Assembly (NCBI GenBank): GCA_038801785.1
Contig: JAULTD010000001.1
Coordinates: 289,404 to 353,403, forward strand
Direction: 5' to 3'
Source of the DNA: Candidatus Methanomethylicaceae archaeon GD_Cm_T35_P0_bin.15
GTDB taxonomy: Archaea > Thermoproteota > Methanomethylicia > Methanomethylicales > Methanomethylicaceae
Length of the DNA stretch: 64,000 nt
The notes beneath the pieces are model-generated. The model ran no database searches and was not told the DNA's origin. It saw only the letters and a program-made list of their open reading frames with translations. Below, piece after piece: positions 8,281-18,339 of the stretch (position 1 is its first letter; every line of letters starts with the position of its first letter). Made by a program: the position numbers and the translations under genes.

Positions 8281-11078
8281 CGTGTTCTCTCTCCTTCTAT
8301 CCCTCTCTCCTTCTCTCCCTCTGCCCTCATAGCCCTCTTCAGATCGGAGATGACCTCGCCGAACTTGGTCAAGTTCGAGGGATCCACCTTCCCTTGACCT
8401 ATATCGTCCCTGCCGCCTCCCCGGCCGCCCATGGATCGGGTTATAGAGCCAGCCAGCCTGCCGGCGTTGGCGCCGTTCCGGACGGCCGACCCGCCTGCCA
8501 CGACGACGATACTCCCGTCAGCAGCCGAGGCCAGCGCCACCACGAGATCGGGGTCGAGCTCTGCAGACCTGGACGCCAGGGCCAGCAGCTCGCCCCCCTC
8601 GAGCCTCTCGAAGACCCTCGACGCCAACTTGAACTTGCCTAACGGCTCGGCGCCGGCGATCAGCGCAGGGGAGATCTCGTTGGCCACTATCTTGCGGAGC
8701 CTCTCTATCTCCTTCCTCTGGCTTGAGAGGTCCCCTACCAGCTTCTCAGCGGCCTTCTCGATCCGCTCGACAGGTGTGTTGATGATCCCTGCCACGTTCA
8801 GGACAACGGACTCGGTAGACTGGACGGTCCTCAGGGCCGCCTCGCCTGAGGCAAACTCCAGCCTCTCGACGCCATCCTGGATCCTCTCGGACTTGATTAT
8901 CTTTATCAGCCCTATCTCGCCGGTGTTGCTGCAGTGGATGCCCCCGCAGGCCTCCACGTCCCACCCCTCTATCTCGACTATGCGTATGGTGGGGCCGTAG
9001 ACCACGCCCCCCTGGTAGAGCCGGAAGCCGAACCTCTGCTCGGCCTCGTTCCGGTCCATGAAGCGGGCGCGTATCGGCAGGAAGCTCATCACTGCGCGGT
9101 TCGCAAGAGTCTCGATCTCCCTCAGCTGGGCAGGCGTGACCTTCTCATAGTGGGAGATGTCGAGCCGGCTCCTCTCGACGCTCTTCTGCGCGCCCTCCTG
9201 CCAGACGTGCTCTCCTAGGACCGTGCGGGCTGCACCGAGGAGGATATGGGTAGAGGAGTGGTGCCTTGCGAGGGCCATCCTCCTCGGCCAGTCAACCCTG
9301 CATTCCACCTCGTCACCCGCCCTGGGCCGGACGCCTTCGGCGGCATTTACGAAGTGGACCACTATGCCCCTCGACTTTGCGACCCCTGTGACCTTGACCG
9401 CGCCCCCCTTTCCCTCCAGAGCAATGAGCTGCCCGGTATCGCTGAGCTGCCCCCCTCCCTCAGGGTAGAAGATCGTCCTGTCCAAGACGACCCTCCCCTC
9501 GCCAGCATAGAGCACCCTGGCCCTGAGAACCCCCAGCTTTGCATCGGAGTAGTAGACCAGCTCAGTCTGGGGGAGCGGGGGCATGCCTTCCAGTATGTCG
9601 GCCTCGGCGGCAGCCGCAGACTCCCGGCAGCCGGAGTGCCTCTGGGCGACGATCGTGTCGAATGTGTCGGGTATCTCGACCCTCACGCCGTTCTGCTCGC
9701 ATACCTCTTTCGCAACCTCGGGGGGGATCCCGTTCGAGTCGTAGAGCTCGATCAGGTTCTCGAGTGGGAGGGACCCGCCCCTGCTCACCTTCGGATCCCT
9801 GATCAGCCGCAGGATCAGGCTCTTGCCCTGCTCGAGCGTCTTTGTGTATCGGCTCACCTCGAGGTCGGCGACGGCTGTCACGTAGCCGATCCTCTCGGCC
9901 AGGCTGGGGAACTGATCCTTCCAGTGGTTGATCTGCATGGAGAGGAGTTCAGACAGGGGGACGTGCATGCCGATGGAGTCGCAGAGCCTCTTCGTCCTCC
10001 TCACGAGGAGACGAGCGAGGTAGCCCCCCTTGACGTTGGACGGGACGATACCATCGCCGAGCATGAACGCCAGCGCCTTTGTGTGGTCGAGGATGGCGGT
10101 CAGGGTCTCTAAGGGCTCCAGCTCGCGGGCGAGGGAGGCGGCGTCGGTCCCCATCAGGCCGGCGACGTGTTCCCTGACCGATCTCAGCGAGCCTGCGTCC
10201 ACGACGTTCATCATCCCAGCGTACTTGGTCATGGCAGCGAGCGTTTTCCTGTCGGGGAGGCTTATCCCCGCCAGCTTCACAAAGTCGTCGAGGAGGCGCC
10301 CGTAGACGGCCCCGAAAGCCGTCGGGGTCCCCTGGGAGAGCCAGGTCAGCCTCTCGAGACCGTAACCGGTATCGACTATCCTGAGGGGAAGGTCACGGTA
10401 TCCGTCAGGAACCTTCTTGTACTGCATGAATACCAGAGTGGAGACCTCTATGCCTCGGACGATCCCCTCGATGTCGGGACCGGCGTCGCCCCCGCCCTCC
10501 CACCAGTGCTCGATGTATGAGATCTCCTCGCCCCTTATCCCGAGCTCTTCTGTCAGGAGCTCGTGATGATACCTGACGGTCTCCTCCTTCCAGTAGACCT
10601 CATTCTCCCGCGAGTTGAAGGCGTGGTGTGCCATCATCTCGAATATGCTGAGGTGTCTTCCGCCGGTCTTCCCGACATTGTCCAGGTCGTTCATGCGGAT
10701 GCAGGGCTGCGAGATCGCCAGCGGGTTGAACGGGGGCGGGACCTCGCCGCTCGTGACGTGGGGCTGAAAGTCCGCTATGGACGCGATCGTCAGAAAGATG
10801 TCATCCCTCCACCGGGCGACGACGGGGTAGCGGTTCACTCTCGCGTGCCCCCTCTTCTCGAAGAAGGAGAGGAACGCTTCCCTCATCTCCTTGATCGAGT
10901 ACTGCCTCTTCGTCGGTGGATCCCCGAGGAAGGTGTAGGGCACGCAGGGGGAGTCGCCGCAGAGCTCCCTGTCCGGGTCAAGCGTCCAGAAGTACCTCCC
11001 GCAGGACCTGCACTCCTTTCTCGTAAAGCCGCGCTCGAGGAAGAACCTGAGTCGATATGCTTCGGGATCGACGATCAC
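8277..11078 (-). CDS. alaS: alanyl-tRNA synthetase
   Basis: 933 aa. Archaeal AlaRS N-terminus (FLERGFTRKECRSCGRYFWT), editing-domain HSSTHIL and CGGIHC motifs, and a C-terminal DHHA1-like part. Confidence 0.95.
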   Translation of the reverse strand: MIVDPEAYRLRFFLERGFTRKECRSCGRYFWTLDPDRELCGDSPCVPYTFLGDPPTKRQYSIKEMREAFLSFFEKRGHARVNRYPVVARWRDDIFLTIASIADFQPHVTSGEVPPPFNPLAISQPCIRMNDLDNVGKTGGRHLSIFEMMAHHAFNSRENEVYWKEETVRYHHELLTEELGIRGEEISYIEHWWEGGGDAGPDIEGIVRGIEVSTLVFMQYKKVPDGYRDLPLRIVDTGYGLERLTWLSQGTPTAFGAVYGRLLDDFVKLAGISLPDRKTLAAMTKYAGMMNVVDAGSLRSVREHVAGLMGTDAASLARELEPLETLTAILDHTKALAFMLGDGIVPSNVKGGYLARLLVRRTKRLCDSIGMHVPLSELLSMQINHWKDQFPSLAERIGYVTAVADLEVSRYTKTLEQGKSLILRLIRDPKVSRGGSLPLENLIELYDSNGIPPEVAKEVCEQNGVRVEIPDTFDTIVAQRHSGCRESAAAAEADILEGMPPLPQTELVYYSDAKLGVLRARVLYAGEGRVVLDRTIFYPEGGGQLSDTGQLIALEGKGGAVKVTGVAKSRGIVVHFVNAAEGVRPRAGDEVECRVDWPRRMALARHHSSTHILLGAARTVLGEHVWQEGAQKSVERSRLDISHYEKVTPAQLREIETLANRAVMSFLPIRARFMDRNEAEQRFGFRLYQGGVVYGPTIRIVEIEGWDVEACGGIHCSNTGEIGLIKIIKSERIQDGVERLEFASGEAALRTVQSTESVVLNVAGIINTPVERIEKAAEKLVGDLSSQRKEIERLRKIVANEISPALIAGAEPLGKFKLASRVFERLEGGELLALASRSAELDPDLVVALASAADGSIVVVAGGSAVRNGANAGRLAGSITRSMGGRGGGRDDIGQGKVDPSNLTKFGEVISDLKRAMRAEGEKERGIEGERTR

Positions 11079-11358
11079 ATTACTGCCCCCTACAGATCAT
11101 GGCAGAGGCGTGCACTGACGAGATACTGCATGCGCATGGGGATACGATCACTGGCCTCACCGTACTGATCAGCTCAATGCGGCAAACTCTATCCTGTCGG
11201 GTAAGTTAAACCTTATCATTAGGCGGTTTCCTGGGGGAAAACTCCGGCGGTCCGGGAGCCCGGAAGCATGGCATGTGGCACTGCGGGATGCGGAGGATTC
11301 TGGCAAAATACAAAATAAAAGATAGCAAGGGGCCGGGATGCCCCCTCCCCTTTGTGGT

Positions 11359-11682
11359 TTAACCGAAGAGTGAGCCCAGTCCTTCTGCCATCTCTTCCTC
11401 GGTAGCCTCTGCCTTCTTCTCAGCTTTAGCCTCCTTGGCTTCTGCTGCTGCGGCTGGAGCTGCTGCTGCGGCCGGAGCTGCTGCAACTGGAACTGCTGCA
11501 GCCTTGATTGCCTCATCGATGTTGACCTCGCCGAGAGCAGCGACGACTGCCTTTACGCGCGCGTCATCTACCTGGATACCAGCGGCAGAGAGAACGTTCT
11601 TCACTCCGTTCTCGTCTATAGGCTTCTTAGCGTTGTGGAGAAGCAGACCGGCATAAATATATTCGATCTTAATCACCCCCAA
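11359..11682 (-). CDS. rpl12: 50S ribosomal stalk protein P1 (L12e)
   Basis: IEYIYAGLLLH... N-terminus, Ala/Pro hinge, acidic tail ending EEEMAEGLGSLFG. The true start may be the GTG two codons inside the track ORF. Confidence 0.85.
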   Translation of the reverse strand: MGVIKIEYIYAGLLLHNAKKPIDENGVKNVLSAAGIQVDDARVKAVVAALGEVNIDEAIKAAAVPVAAAPAAAAAPAAAAEAKEAKAEKKAEATEEEMAEGLGSLFG

Positions 11683-11833
11683 CCAAGTTGGATTTTATAC
11701 GATAAGATTACTACTTAAATCCTTCGCCCTTAATCCCGCTGTGCTGATGCGGGTTTTGGCCCCTACGAGGATGTTGCCGGGGGCACTGCCCCCGTCGATG
11801 TCGCTGAAAGCACCGTTCCTCACCAGCAGCACC

Positions 11834-12706
11834 TCACACGGAAAGCTCTGGATGCTTCTCCGAGACCGCCTTCGCCAGCGCCGAGCCCCGCCTCTGTGCG
11901 AGCGAGACCGCCTCGCCTATTGTCTCGGGTATGGGGACCGCGGCGTTCACAGCCAAGCTCTTTGCCTCGTTGAAGCCCTTTGCCACCAGCAGCCGGATGT
12001 TCTCGGGCAGCGGGATAACTGCGCCCACCGAGAGGTTCATCGCGTTCTGGACGGCGGCTATCACGTTGGCGTTGTACTCGTCGAGGTTGATCGCAAGCAC
12101 GTCGCCGGGGATCACGCCGTTGTCGTAGCCCATCCTCAGCTTGAGGCCGACCATGATCGGTTTCAGGCCGAGCTTGCTCAGCAGGTCGGCAAGATCCGCT
12201 GAGATCGGTTCCCCCTTCTTGGCGACCACTGTATCGCTTGCGATCCAGACGTTGCCGTCCTGGATCTTGGTGGGGATCTTGGCAGCGCCGAACTTGCTGA
12301 GCACCGGCCCCGGCTGCATGCCCGTGTTCCCTGCAGTGACAGTTATGTCGTTGGGCGCTATGTCGCCCGGGGCAGCAGCTGACTCGACCTTGTTCTTCTC
12401 GAACATGAGGTAAAGCGAGAAGGGGTTCTTCTTGGAGAATATGAACGCGTTCTGCTCCGAGAGGTACTTTGATATGTCGTTGATGTTCTTGTATTTGCTG
12501 GCCAGGCTCGATATCGCTATCTTGACCAAGGTGTTCTTGGCGACGCGGATGATGAGGTCGTCCTTGAACTTCTTCTTGAGTACCTGGAGCTGGCTTGCCT
12601 TGAGCCCCCTGAGGTCTGCTATCGCGAAGACCGGGTAATCCCGGAAGCAAGCCTCCAGTTCCTTGACTATCTGCTTCTTGTCCACCGTTCTCTTCTTGAC
12701 CGGCAT
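11834..12706 (-). CDS. rplP0: 50S ribosomal stalk protein P0 (uL10)
   Basis: I take the start at the ATG at 12706 (MPVKKRTVDKKQIVKEL...), just downstream of the L1 stop at 12712. The track ORF extends further upstream as a shadow. Position between L1 and P1 is conserved synteny. Confidence 0.85.
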   Translation of the reverse strand: MPVKKRTVDKKQIVKELEACFRDYPVFAIADLRGLKASQLQVLKKKFKDDLIIRVAKNTLVKIAISSLASKYKNINDISKYLSEQNAFIFSKKNPFSLYLMFEKNKVESAAAPGDIAPNDITVTAGNTGMQPGPVLSKFGAAKIPTKIQDGNVWIASDTVVAKKGEPISADLADLLSKLGLKPIMVGLKLRMGYDNGVIPGDVLAINLDEYNANVIAAVQNAMNLSVGAVIPLPENIRLLVAKGFNEAKSLAVNAAVPIPETIGEAVSLAQRRGSALAKAVSEKHPELSV

Positions 12707-12711
12707 CTCTC

Positions 12712-13356
12712 TCACCTCACTCTCACGGGCTTGCCCATCGTCGTCTTGACAATTAGCGAGCCCAGATTCTGGTCTAGCTTGATCCGCCTGTCGACCGTTG
12801 TCAGGACGGCGTTGATGTTCTCGGCTATGTCCTTCGAGTCCATGTCCTCGGCCCCGACCCTGCATCTTATCGCAGGCTGATCGCGTATCCTGACGCGGAC
12901 GGCGTTGCGGTACCTCTTGATTATGGGCTCGACGTTGGCTGTCGGCGGGACCGGCTCAGGCATCTTGCCCCTCGGCCCCAGCACCTGCCCCAAGATCTTG
13001 CCCACGGACGCCATCAGATCGGTCCTAGCCGCCAGAAAGTCGCAGGATTGCGCCAGCTTCTTGGCAGCTTTCTTGTTGCCGGCGTACTGGTCCAGTTCCT
13101 GCCTGGTGATCACCAGGTCTGCTCCGGCCTGCCTCGCCTTCACGACCAGATCGCCGTCGGCTATGACGCAGACCTTCAGCTCCTTTCCTATCGGGTGCGG
13201 GAGGGTGACCGTCTCGTTGATCCTGTTCTCGGGAGCCTTGACGTCGAGGTTCTTGAAGTTCAGGATCAGCTCGACCCCCTGCTTGAAGTTCCTCTTTGCT
13301 GACGCGCTCTTTGCATCATCGACCGCTTTGATCAGCCTCTGCGTATCCAGTTGCAT
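12712..13356 (-). CDS. rpl1: 50S ribosomal protein uL1
   Basis: 214 aa, an L1-like sequence in the conserved L11-L1-P0-P1 order. Confidence 0.9.
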   Translation of the reverse strand: MQLDTQRLIKAVDDAKSASAKRNFKQGVELILNFKNLDVKAPENRINETVTLPHPIGKELKVCVIADGDLVVKARQAGADLVITRQELDQYAGNKKAAKKLAQSCDFLAARTDLMASVGKILGQVLGPRGKMPEPVPPTANVEPIIKRYRNAVRVRIRDQPAIRCRVGAEDMDSKDIAENINAVLTTVDRRIKLDQNLGSLIVKTTMGKPVRVR

Positions 13357-13357
13357 A

Positions 13358-13855
13358 TCAGGATGCCTCCGCCCGGGCTATCAGCTCATTGTATTGTCCC
13401 GCGTCGATCTCTTTCTGGATCTCGCGGGGGTCTTTACCGGCAACGGTAACGCCGATGCTGACGCAGGTGCCGATGACCTCCTTTAAGCATGACTTGAGCG
13501 TCCTGGCGACAGAGAGCGGGTACCTTGTCCTAGCTATCTTTATCGCCTGCTCTATGCTGAGGTCTCCCACCTTCTCCGTCTTGGAGTTACTCGAGCACTT
13601 TTCCAGACCGAGCTCTTTCACTATCAAGGCGCTGGTGGTAGGCACACCGACCTCGACCTCGAACACCTTCGTATCAGGGTCGGCGATTACTTTAACCGGA
13701 ACCTTCATTCCTTCAAAATCCTTGGTCTTCTCGTTGATAGCATTGACTACAGCGAGGATGTTGAGGCCGGTAGGCCCCAGGGTCGGCCCGATCGGGGGGC
13801 CGCCGGTCGCCTTCCCGCCGTCGACCTGGAAGTTGAAGGTTTTCTTTGCTACCAT
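13358..13855 (-). CDS. rpl11: 50S ribosomal protein uL11
   Basis: GGKATGGPPIGPTLGPTGLNI is the L11 N-terminal signature. Confidence 0.95.
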   Translation of the reverse strand: MVAKKTFNFQVDGGKATGGPPIGPTLGPTGLNILAVVNAINEKTKDFEGMKVPVKVIADPDTKVFEVEVGVPTTSALIVKELGLEKCSSNSKTEKVGDLSIEQAIKIARTRYPLSVARTLKSCLKEVIGTCVSIGVTVAGKDPREIQKEIDAGQYNELIARAEAS

Positions 13856-13856
13856 C

Positions 13857-14465
13857 TCAGTCTTCTCCTTTTCTTTCTGATTCTGGTCCTATCCCACTGT
13901 CTTCTGCTTCTTCGCCTTCATCTAGTTCCTCAAATGCCTTGAATATGTCCATCTTCCCTTCCTTGTCCGCTGCGGCGGTCTCCCTGACTTCGGCCTTGAC
14001 CGGCTCTCCGCGGGCGACCAGCTTGACCTGCTCCGCGTGCACCGTTATTGGAAGCGTGTATGGGGTCTCAAGGAGTTCCAGCGTGACCTCGCTCTTCGTC
14101 TTGTCTACGCGGGTGATCTTCGCCTGCATGCCCTTGAAGGGGCCCGCTATGATCTCCACCTTGTCATTGACGTTGAGCAGCTCTGCTACCGGCTTTGGCA
14201 GGATGAACTTCAGGACGTCGTTCACGTCCACCTTGCCGGCGACCCATCCCTTGATGTGCTTGACGTCTTCGATGGCGAGGTTGACGACGTTGGGACCGGT
14301 GGCCTCTATGAAGACGTACCCCCGGACGTCTTGGGGGGATATCACCGCCTTGCAGGGGATCTTCTTGGCGTTGCAACGCCTCTCTATGAGGAGGGCCACA
14401 TTCTGCTCCTGTCCGGCTGTCGTGCGGATTGCAAAGATACGGGAGGACCCCTTCTGATCCGACAC
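13857..14465 (-). CDS. spt5: transcription elongation factor Spt5 (NusG), with an acidic C-terminal tail
   Basis: NGN domain (IFAIRTTAGQEQNV), KOW motif (VEIIAGPFKGMQAKITRVD), synteny with SecE and L11. Confidence 0.9.
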   Translation of the reverse strand: MSDQKGSSRIFAIRTTAGQEQNVALLIERRCNAKKIPCKAVISPQDVRGYVFIEATGPNVVNLAIEDVKHIKGWVAGKVDVNDVLKFILPKPVAELLNVNDKVEIIAGPFKGMQAKITRVDKTKSEVTLELLETPYTLPITVHAEQVKLVARGEPVKAEVRETAAADKEGKMDIFKAFEELDEGEEAEDSGIGPESERKGED

Positions 14466-14469
14466 CGGA

Positions 14470-14655
14470 TTACCCCCTTACGCCTAGGATCAGCGAAGCT
14501 ATAAGCTGGATAATGAACCCGAATATGCCGATGACCAGCATCCCCAGCAAGCAGATCCTGACGGAGAGCTTGACCTCGTCGAAATCGGGCTTCCTGGAGA
14601 GCTTGAGCACCTTCCCCATCGACCGCAGGGACTCGGATATTCCCATTTGCTTCAC
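14470..14655 (-). CDS. secE: preprotein translocase subunit SecE (Sec61 gamma)
   Basis: 61 aa with one C-terminal TM helix. KPDFDEVKLSVRICLLGMLVIG resembles archaeal SecE. Conserved position upstream of Spt5. Confidence 0.75.
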   Translation of the reverse strand: MKQMGISESLRSMGKVLKLSRKPDFDEVKLSVRICLLGMLVIGIFGFIIQLIASLILGVRG

Positions 14656-14718
14656 CTAATCCTATTTAAGCAAGGCTAAAAAGTTGAAGTGCGATTTAAA
14701 GCTTTCCGAGATGGACGG

Positions 14719-15669
14719 TCAGATCCGAATGAGATCGATGTCAAGGTCCTCTGCCAGCGTGCGCGCGTATTCTTTGAAAGCCGAAGGGGTGCCCTTCCAG
14801 TCGACGACGATGGAGGAGCATCCGCCAAAGGTCTTCCTGGCGCACTGCCTGAGGATCGAGTAGTCCGAGCCCCGGCCGGGGGCCATTGCATACTTCGGGA
14901 TTATGTGCCCCAGCGCGGAGTCCTGCTGCGAGAGGACGAGACTGGTGAACTTCTCTGGGTAGTGGCCCCCTCCGAGCCCGAGGGAGCCGCCTCCTCTGAC
15001 TGGTTTTGAGATCGCGGACGCCACCGCCCGGGCAACTGCCTCACCGAGGGCGTTGTCGTTCCACGCCCCCTCATCGCTGCCTATCTCCACGAAGGTCACC
15101 GGAGGGGCCAGGGCCGTCGGGCCATGGTGTGTGGCCTCGAAGGAGACGTCTGTATCTAGGCCGAGGAGGTCCTTGGACCTCCGGAGCTCGCGTATGAGGT
15201 CGGACTGGAGGCAGGGGTTCGATATCCCCACCTGACCGGGGTTCCCGCCGAGAAGGGCCTCGTTCCTCAGGTTGCCAGGGGAGTGCGCGGTGAGGCAGCG
15301 TTTCCCGGACTCGCTCCGGTGACGGGAGAGGCAGAGGACCCACTCCCAGCCAGGATCGTCTTTGGGCACCGGCGCCTGCCCACGGTCCTGATCATGGCCC
15401 AGATCGTGATCGCGCTCCTGATCCTGACGGGGCGCCTGCCCGCCGCCACGGCCAGCCAGAACCGGCAGGGTCAGGGCGGTCAGCGACCCCCTGACGGCCA
15501 CCAGCCGCAGATCCGAGTATGGGGGGGCCCGGCCGACCAGCGAACCCCCCTCAGCGAGGCTGGTGCCAGCACCATCGCCGGCGCCGACGAAATCAATCTC
15601 TTCGAGCAGGTGGGAGGCGATGTTCCTTCCGGCGGGATCGTCTTCGGAGAAGACTAGCAGCTTTGCCAA
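14719..15669 (-). CDS. dtdA: D-aminoacyl-tRNA deacylase, archaeal DtdA type
   Basis: N-terminus MAKLLVFSEDDPAGRNIASHL and SRH.S..G...LTAHSPGN resemble the archaeal DtdA family. Confidence 0.65.
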   Translation of the reverse strand: MAKLLVFSEDDPAGRNIASHLLEEIDFVGAGDGAGTSLAEGGSLVGRAPPYSDLRLVAVRGSLTALTLPVLAGRGGGQAPRQDQERDHDLGHDQDRGQAPVPKDDPGWEWVLCLSRHRSESGKRCLTAHSPGNLRNEALLGGNPGQVGISNPCLQSDLIRELRRSKDLLGLDTDVSFEATHHGPTALAPPVTFVEIGSDEGAWNDNALGEAVARAVASAISKPVRGGGSLGLGGGHYPEKFTSLVLSQQDSALGHIIPKYAMAPGRGSDYSILRQCARKTFGGCSSIVVDWKGTPSAFKEYARTLAEDLDIDLIRI

Positions 15670-15683
15670 CTACCGCACCCGGG

Positions 15684-16610
15684 CTAGATGATGAGGGCCA
15701 TGAGGCCTTTCTGGGCGTGGAGCCGGTTCTCCGCCTGGTCGAATATTACTGAGCGGCTACTGTCGGCCACCTCGTCCGTGATCTCCTGCCCCCTGTGGGC
15801 CGGAAGGCAGTGCATCACGATCGCATCGGCGGGGGCACGAGCCATGAGGTCAGAGTTGAGCTGGTAGGGCCCGAGCGATGCAACCCTCTCCTGGGCTTCG
15901 GCTTCCTGCCCCATCGAGACCCAGACATCGGTGTAGACGACGTCGGCCTCCTTTACCGCCCCGAGATGATCCTCTGTCAGCGTCAGAGAAGCCCTGCCGA
16001 TCCCAAGGCCGCCGATGAATGAGTCCGGCGGCATGTACTTCTTGGGGGAGGCGATGGTCATCCTGCCTCCGAGCTTCAGGACGGCTTCGGTGAGGGATCG
16101 GCAGACATTGCTGTTCCCGTCCCCCACGAAGACTACGTTCACGCCCTCGATCCTCCCCTTCTTCTCAATGATTGTGAGACAGTCCCCTAGCGCCTGGCAT
16201 GGGTGGGCGGCATCGCTCAGGGCGTTTATCACGGGAGCCCGCGAGCACTCCGCCATCACCTCCAGGTCGGAGTGCTTGAAGACCCGCGCCACTATGCCGT
16301 CGGCGTACCTGTCGAGTGTCCGTGCGGTATCGGCCACGGTCTCGCCCCTCCCCAGCTGGAGCTCGTTCCAGCCAAGGGTTATCGGGTGCCCCCCGAGCTG
16401 GTAGACGCCGGTGTCGAAGGAGACGCGCGTCCGGGTGGAGGGCTTCTGGAAGATTAGCACGACGGTCTTGCCGGCAAGGTACGGGTGTATATGGTTCCCG
16501 GCTTTAAAGTCGGACTTGATGCTGCCCGATGTCTTCAGGATCTCCTGGATCTCTTCTTTGGTGAGGTCGGCGAGGGTCAGCAGGTCCCGCCCTTTGAGGC
16601 TGTTCATCAT
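15684..16610 (-). CDS. argF: ornithine carbamoyltransferase
   Basis: STRTR carbamoyl-phosphate motif, HPCQAL, DVWVSMG, HCLPAHRGQE. Confidence 0.9.
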   Translation of the reverse strand: MMNSLKGRDLLTLADLTKEEIQEILKTSGSIKSDFKAGNHIHPYLAGKTVVLIFQKPSTRTRVSFDTGVYQLGGHPITLGWNELQLGRGETVADTARTLDRYADGIVARVFKHSDLEVMAECSRAPVINALSDAAHPCQALGDCLTIIEKKGRIEGVNVVFVGDGNSNVCRSLTEAVLKLGGRMTIASPKKYMPPDSFIGGLGIGRASLTLTEDHLGAVKEADVVYTDVWVSMGQEAEAQERVASLGPYQLNSDLMARAPADAIVMHCLPAHRGQEITDEVADSSRSVIFDQAENRLHAQKGLMALII

Positions 16611-16701
16611 CTACCACCGATACTAATTTTCAGGTTTTTTTAGTAAAATAAAGTGCTTAAAACCTTTTCTGTAGAAGAAGGTGATGTAACTTCAATAGCA
16701 G

Positions 16702-17601
16702 TTATTTTTTAGGCGTTTTTGCTAAAATATTCTTAATAACCCAGTCAGGGTCGAAGGGCACCATGTCGCCGTAGGTCTGCCCGACGCCTAGGAAGAGGAT
16801 CGGCTTCTTTATCGCGCTTGAGATGGAGATCGCGGCGCCGCCCTTCGAGTCCGCGTCCACCTTAGTGAGGATGACCGCATCTATGGGGACATACCTGTTG
16901 AACTCCTCCGCCTGCTGGAGGGCGTCGTTCCCCGCGAGGGAGTCGCCAACGAATACTGTGAGGTCGGGGTGGACGACGCGGTAGATCTTCTGGAGCTCGT
17001 CCATCAGCCCCCTGTCTGTCTGCATCCTCCCCGCCGTGTCGATGAGGACCGTGTCCAAGCTGTTCGACTTTGCATATGCGACGGCATCGTAAGCCACCGC
17101 AGCCGGATCGGCCCCGTACCGGTGCTTCACGACCTTGATGCCGAGCCTCGCGGCATGCGCCTCGACCTGCTCCTCGGACCCTGCCCTGAAGGTGTCGCTG
17201 GCGGAGATCACTGTGCTGATGCCGTTGTCCATTATATACTTCGCGACCTTGGCGATGGTGGTCGTCTTCCCGGTGCCGTTGACGCCCACGAACATGATTA
17301 CGAAGGGCTTCTTCGCCTTGATCATACTGAGGAGCTCGGCGGTGGAGAGGTTCTCTTTCAGCATCTCCCTGAAGGCCGACTCGATCGCCGGCCCTGCGTC
17401 CTGGAAACGCTTCACCCTTGTCCCGAGCAGGCTGCCCTTCAGCTTGGCCGTGAGCTCCTCGGCAACCGGGAGCGCGACGTCGCACTCGATGAGGGCCAGC
17501 TGAAGGTTCCATAGGGACTCCTCCAGGTCCTTCTCGGAGAGAGACCTCGTCTGGAGGTCGTCCACAAAGCCGTCAAAGACTTTCTTGAGCTTCTCGAACA
17601 A
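16702..17601 (-). CDS. ftsY: signal recognition particle receptor FtsY
   Basis: SRP54-type GTPase motifs GVNGTGKTTTIAK, DTAGR, TKVDA. Confidence 0.9.
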   Translation of the reverse strand: MFEKLKKVFDGFVDDLQTRSLSEKDLEESLWNLQLALIECDVALPVAEELTAKLKGSLLGTRVKRFQDAGPAIESAFREMLKENLSTAELLSMIKAKKPFVIMFVGVNGTGKTTTIAKVAKYIMDNGISTVISASDTFRAGSEEQVEAHAARLGIKVVKHRYGADPAAVAYDAVAYAKSNSLDTVLIDTAGRMQTDRGLMDELQKIYRVVHPDLTVFVGDSLAGNDALQQAEEFNRYVPIDAVILTKVDADSKGGAAISISSAIKKPILFLGVGQTYGDMVPFDPDWVIKNILAKTPKK

Positions 17602-17604
17602 GGC

Positions 17605-18132
17605 TTACGCCCGCCTCGACGGGCTCTGCTGCTGGGACTGGGATTGGGACTGGGACTGCATATAGAGCTGGTCGATCCTGCCCTGAAGCTCATCCATCCT
17701 GGAAGTGACCTGCAACAGCTGGTTCTGTGCTGCAGCGATCTGCTCCTGCGCCCGCTTGGATCGGCTCTCGATCTCAGATATAGCGTCGTCCAGAGTCTTC
17801 TCGATCAAGACACCGGCGCCCACCCCGGCGATCACGGTCTTCACGTCCTGGAGCTGGACCCGGATATAGTTGCCGGCGCCTATGTGGATGAGGGTCTCAC
17901 CCTTGCCCCCCCTCGACCGGACCTCTTCGATGGCGGCTTTGCTCAGCGCCAGCTCGGTGACAGCGCCGGAGAGGACGTCGATCTGCTGCCTGACGGCGTC
18001 GGCATAGCCCCGGTAGTTGGTATACTCCTGCATCAGGGATTCCAGATCCCTCTGGGCGCCGCGGTCCTTGGGGCCAGCGGCCGGGGCCGGGGCCGGAGAT
18101 GAAGAAGGCGCTGACCGCTCCTCCCTGCTCAC
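17605..18132 (-). CDS. pfdA: prefoldin alpha subunit
   Basis: Coiled-coil / beta-hairpin / coiled-coil layout (LIHIGAGNYIRVQL...VIAGVGAGVLIEKT). The start is uncertain. The GTG at 18132 overlaps the LX stop as GTGA; the alternative ATG is at 18033. Confidence 0.7.
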   Translation of the reverse strand: MSREERSAPSSSPAPAPAAGPKDRGAQRDLESLMQEYTNYRGYADAVRQQIDVLSGAVTELALSKAAIEEVRSRGGKGETLIHIGAGNYIRVQLQDVKTVIAGVGAGVLIEKTLDDAISEIESRSKRAQEQIAAAQNQLLQVTSRMDELQGRIDQLYMQSQSQSQSQQQSPSRRA

Positions 18133-18332
18133 TCTTCGCTCACCGCTTTTGCGGGCTCTTCTATCGCTACAGACTCGATCTTTATCTGGTTTCGTTTGAG
18201 GCCGTGGCATCCGCCTAGCGTGCAGAAGGCCCTGTCGAGAGCCTGTTCTTTCTCCTCAGCCTCGATACTCTTCTTGAACTTTTCCCATCCGAACCCGGTA
18301 TTTATCTTCCCTTTGATTACAAATTTTGCCAT
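18129..18332 (-). CDS. rplX: 50S ribosomal protein LX (L18Ae/L20A family)
   Basis: 67 aa, MAKFVIKGKI... Conserved position between aIF6 and prefoldin alpha. Confidence 0.7.
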   Translation of the reverse strand: MAKFVIKGKINTGFGWEKFKKSIEAEEKEQALDRAFCTLGGCHGLKRNQIKIESVAIEEPAKAVSEE

Positions 18333-18339
18333 TTCGCCA

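Noticed and set aside
11169-11516. 115-aa ORF with a QQLRPQQQLQPQQQKPRRLKLRRRQR repeat.
   Set aside because: It is the out-of-frame shadow of the Ala/Pro/Glu hinge of ribosomal protein P1 plus spacer sequence, and does not look like a real protein.
15352-15456. A charged low-complexity segment (GGGQAPRQDQERDHDLGHDQDRGQAPVPKDD) inside the DtdA-like protein, possibly an insertion.
   Set aside because: Without an alignment to DtdA orthologs I cannot tell whether this is an insertion or a normal variable loop.
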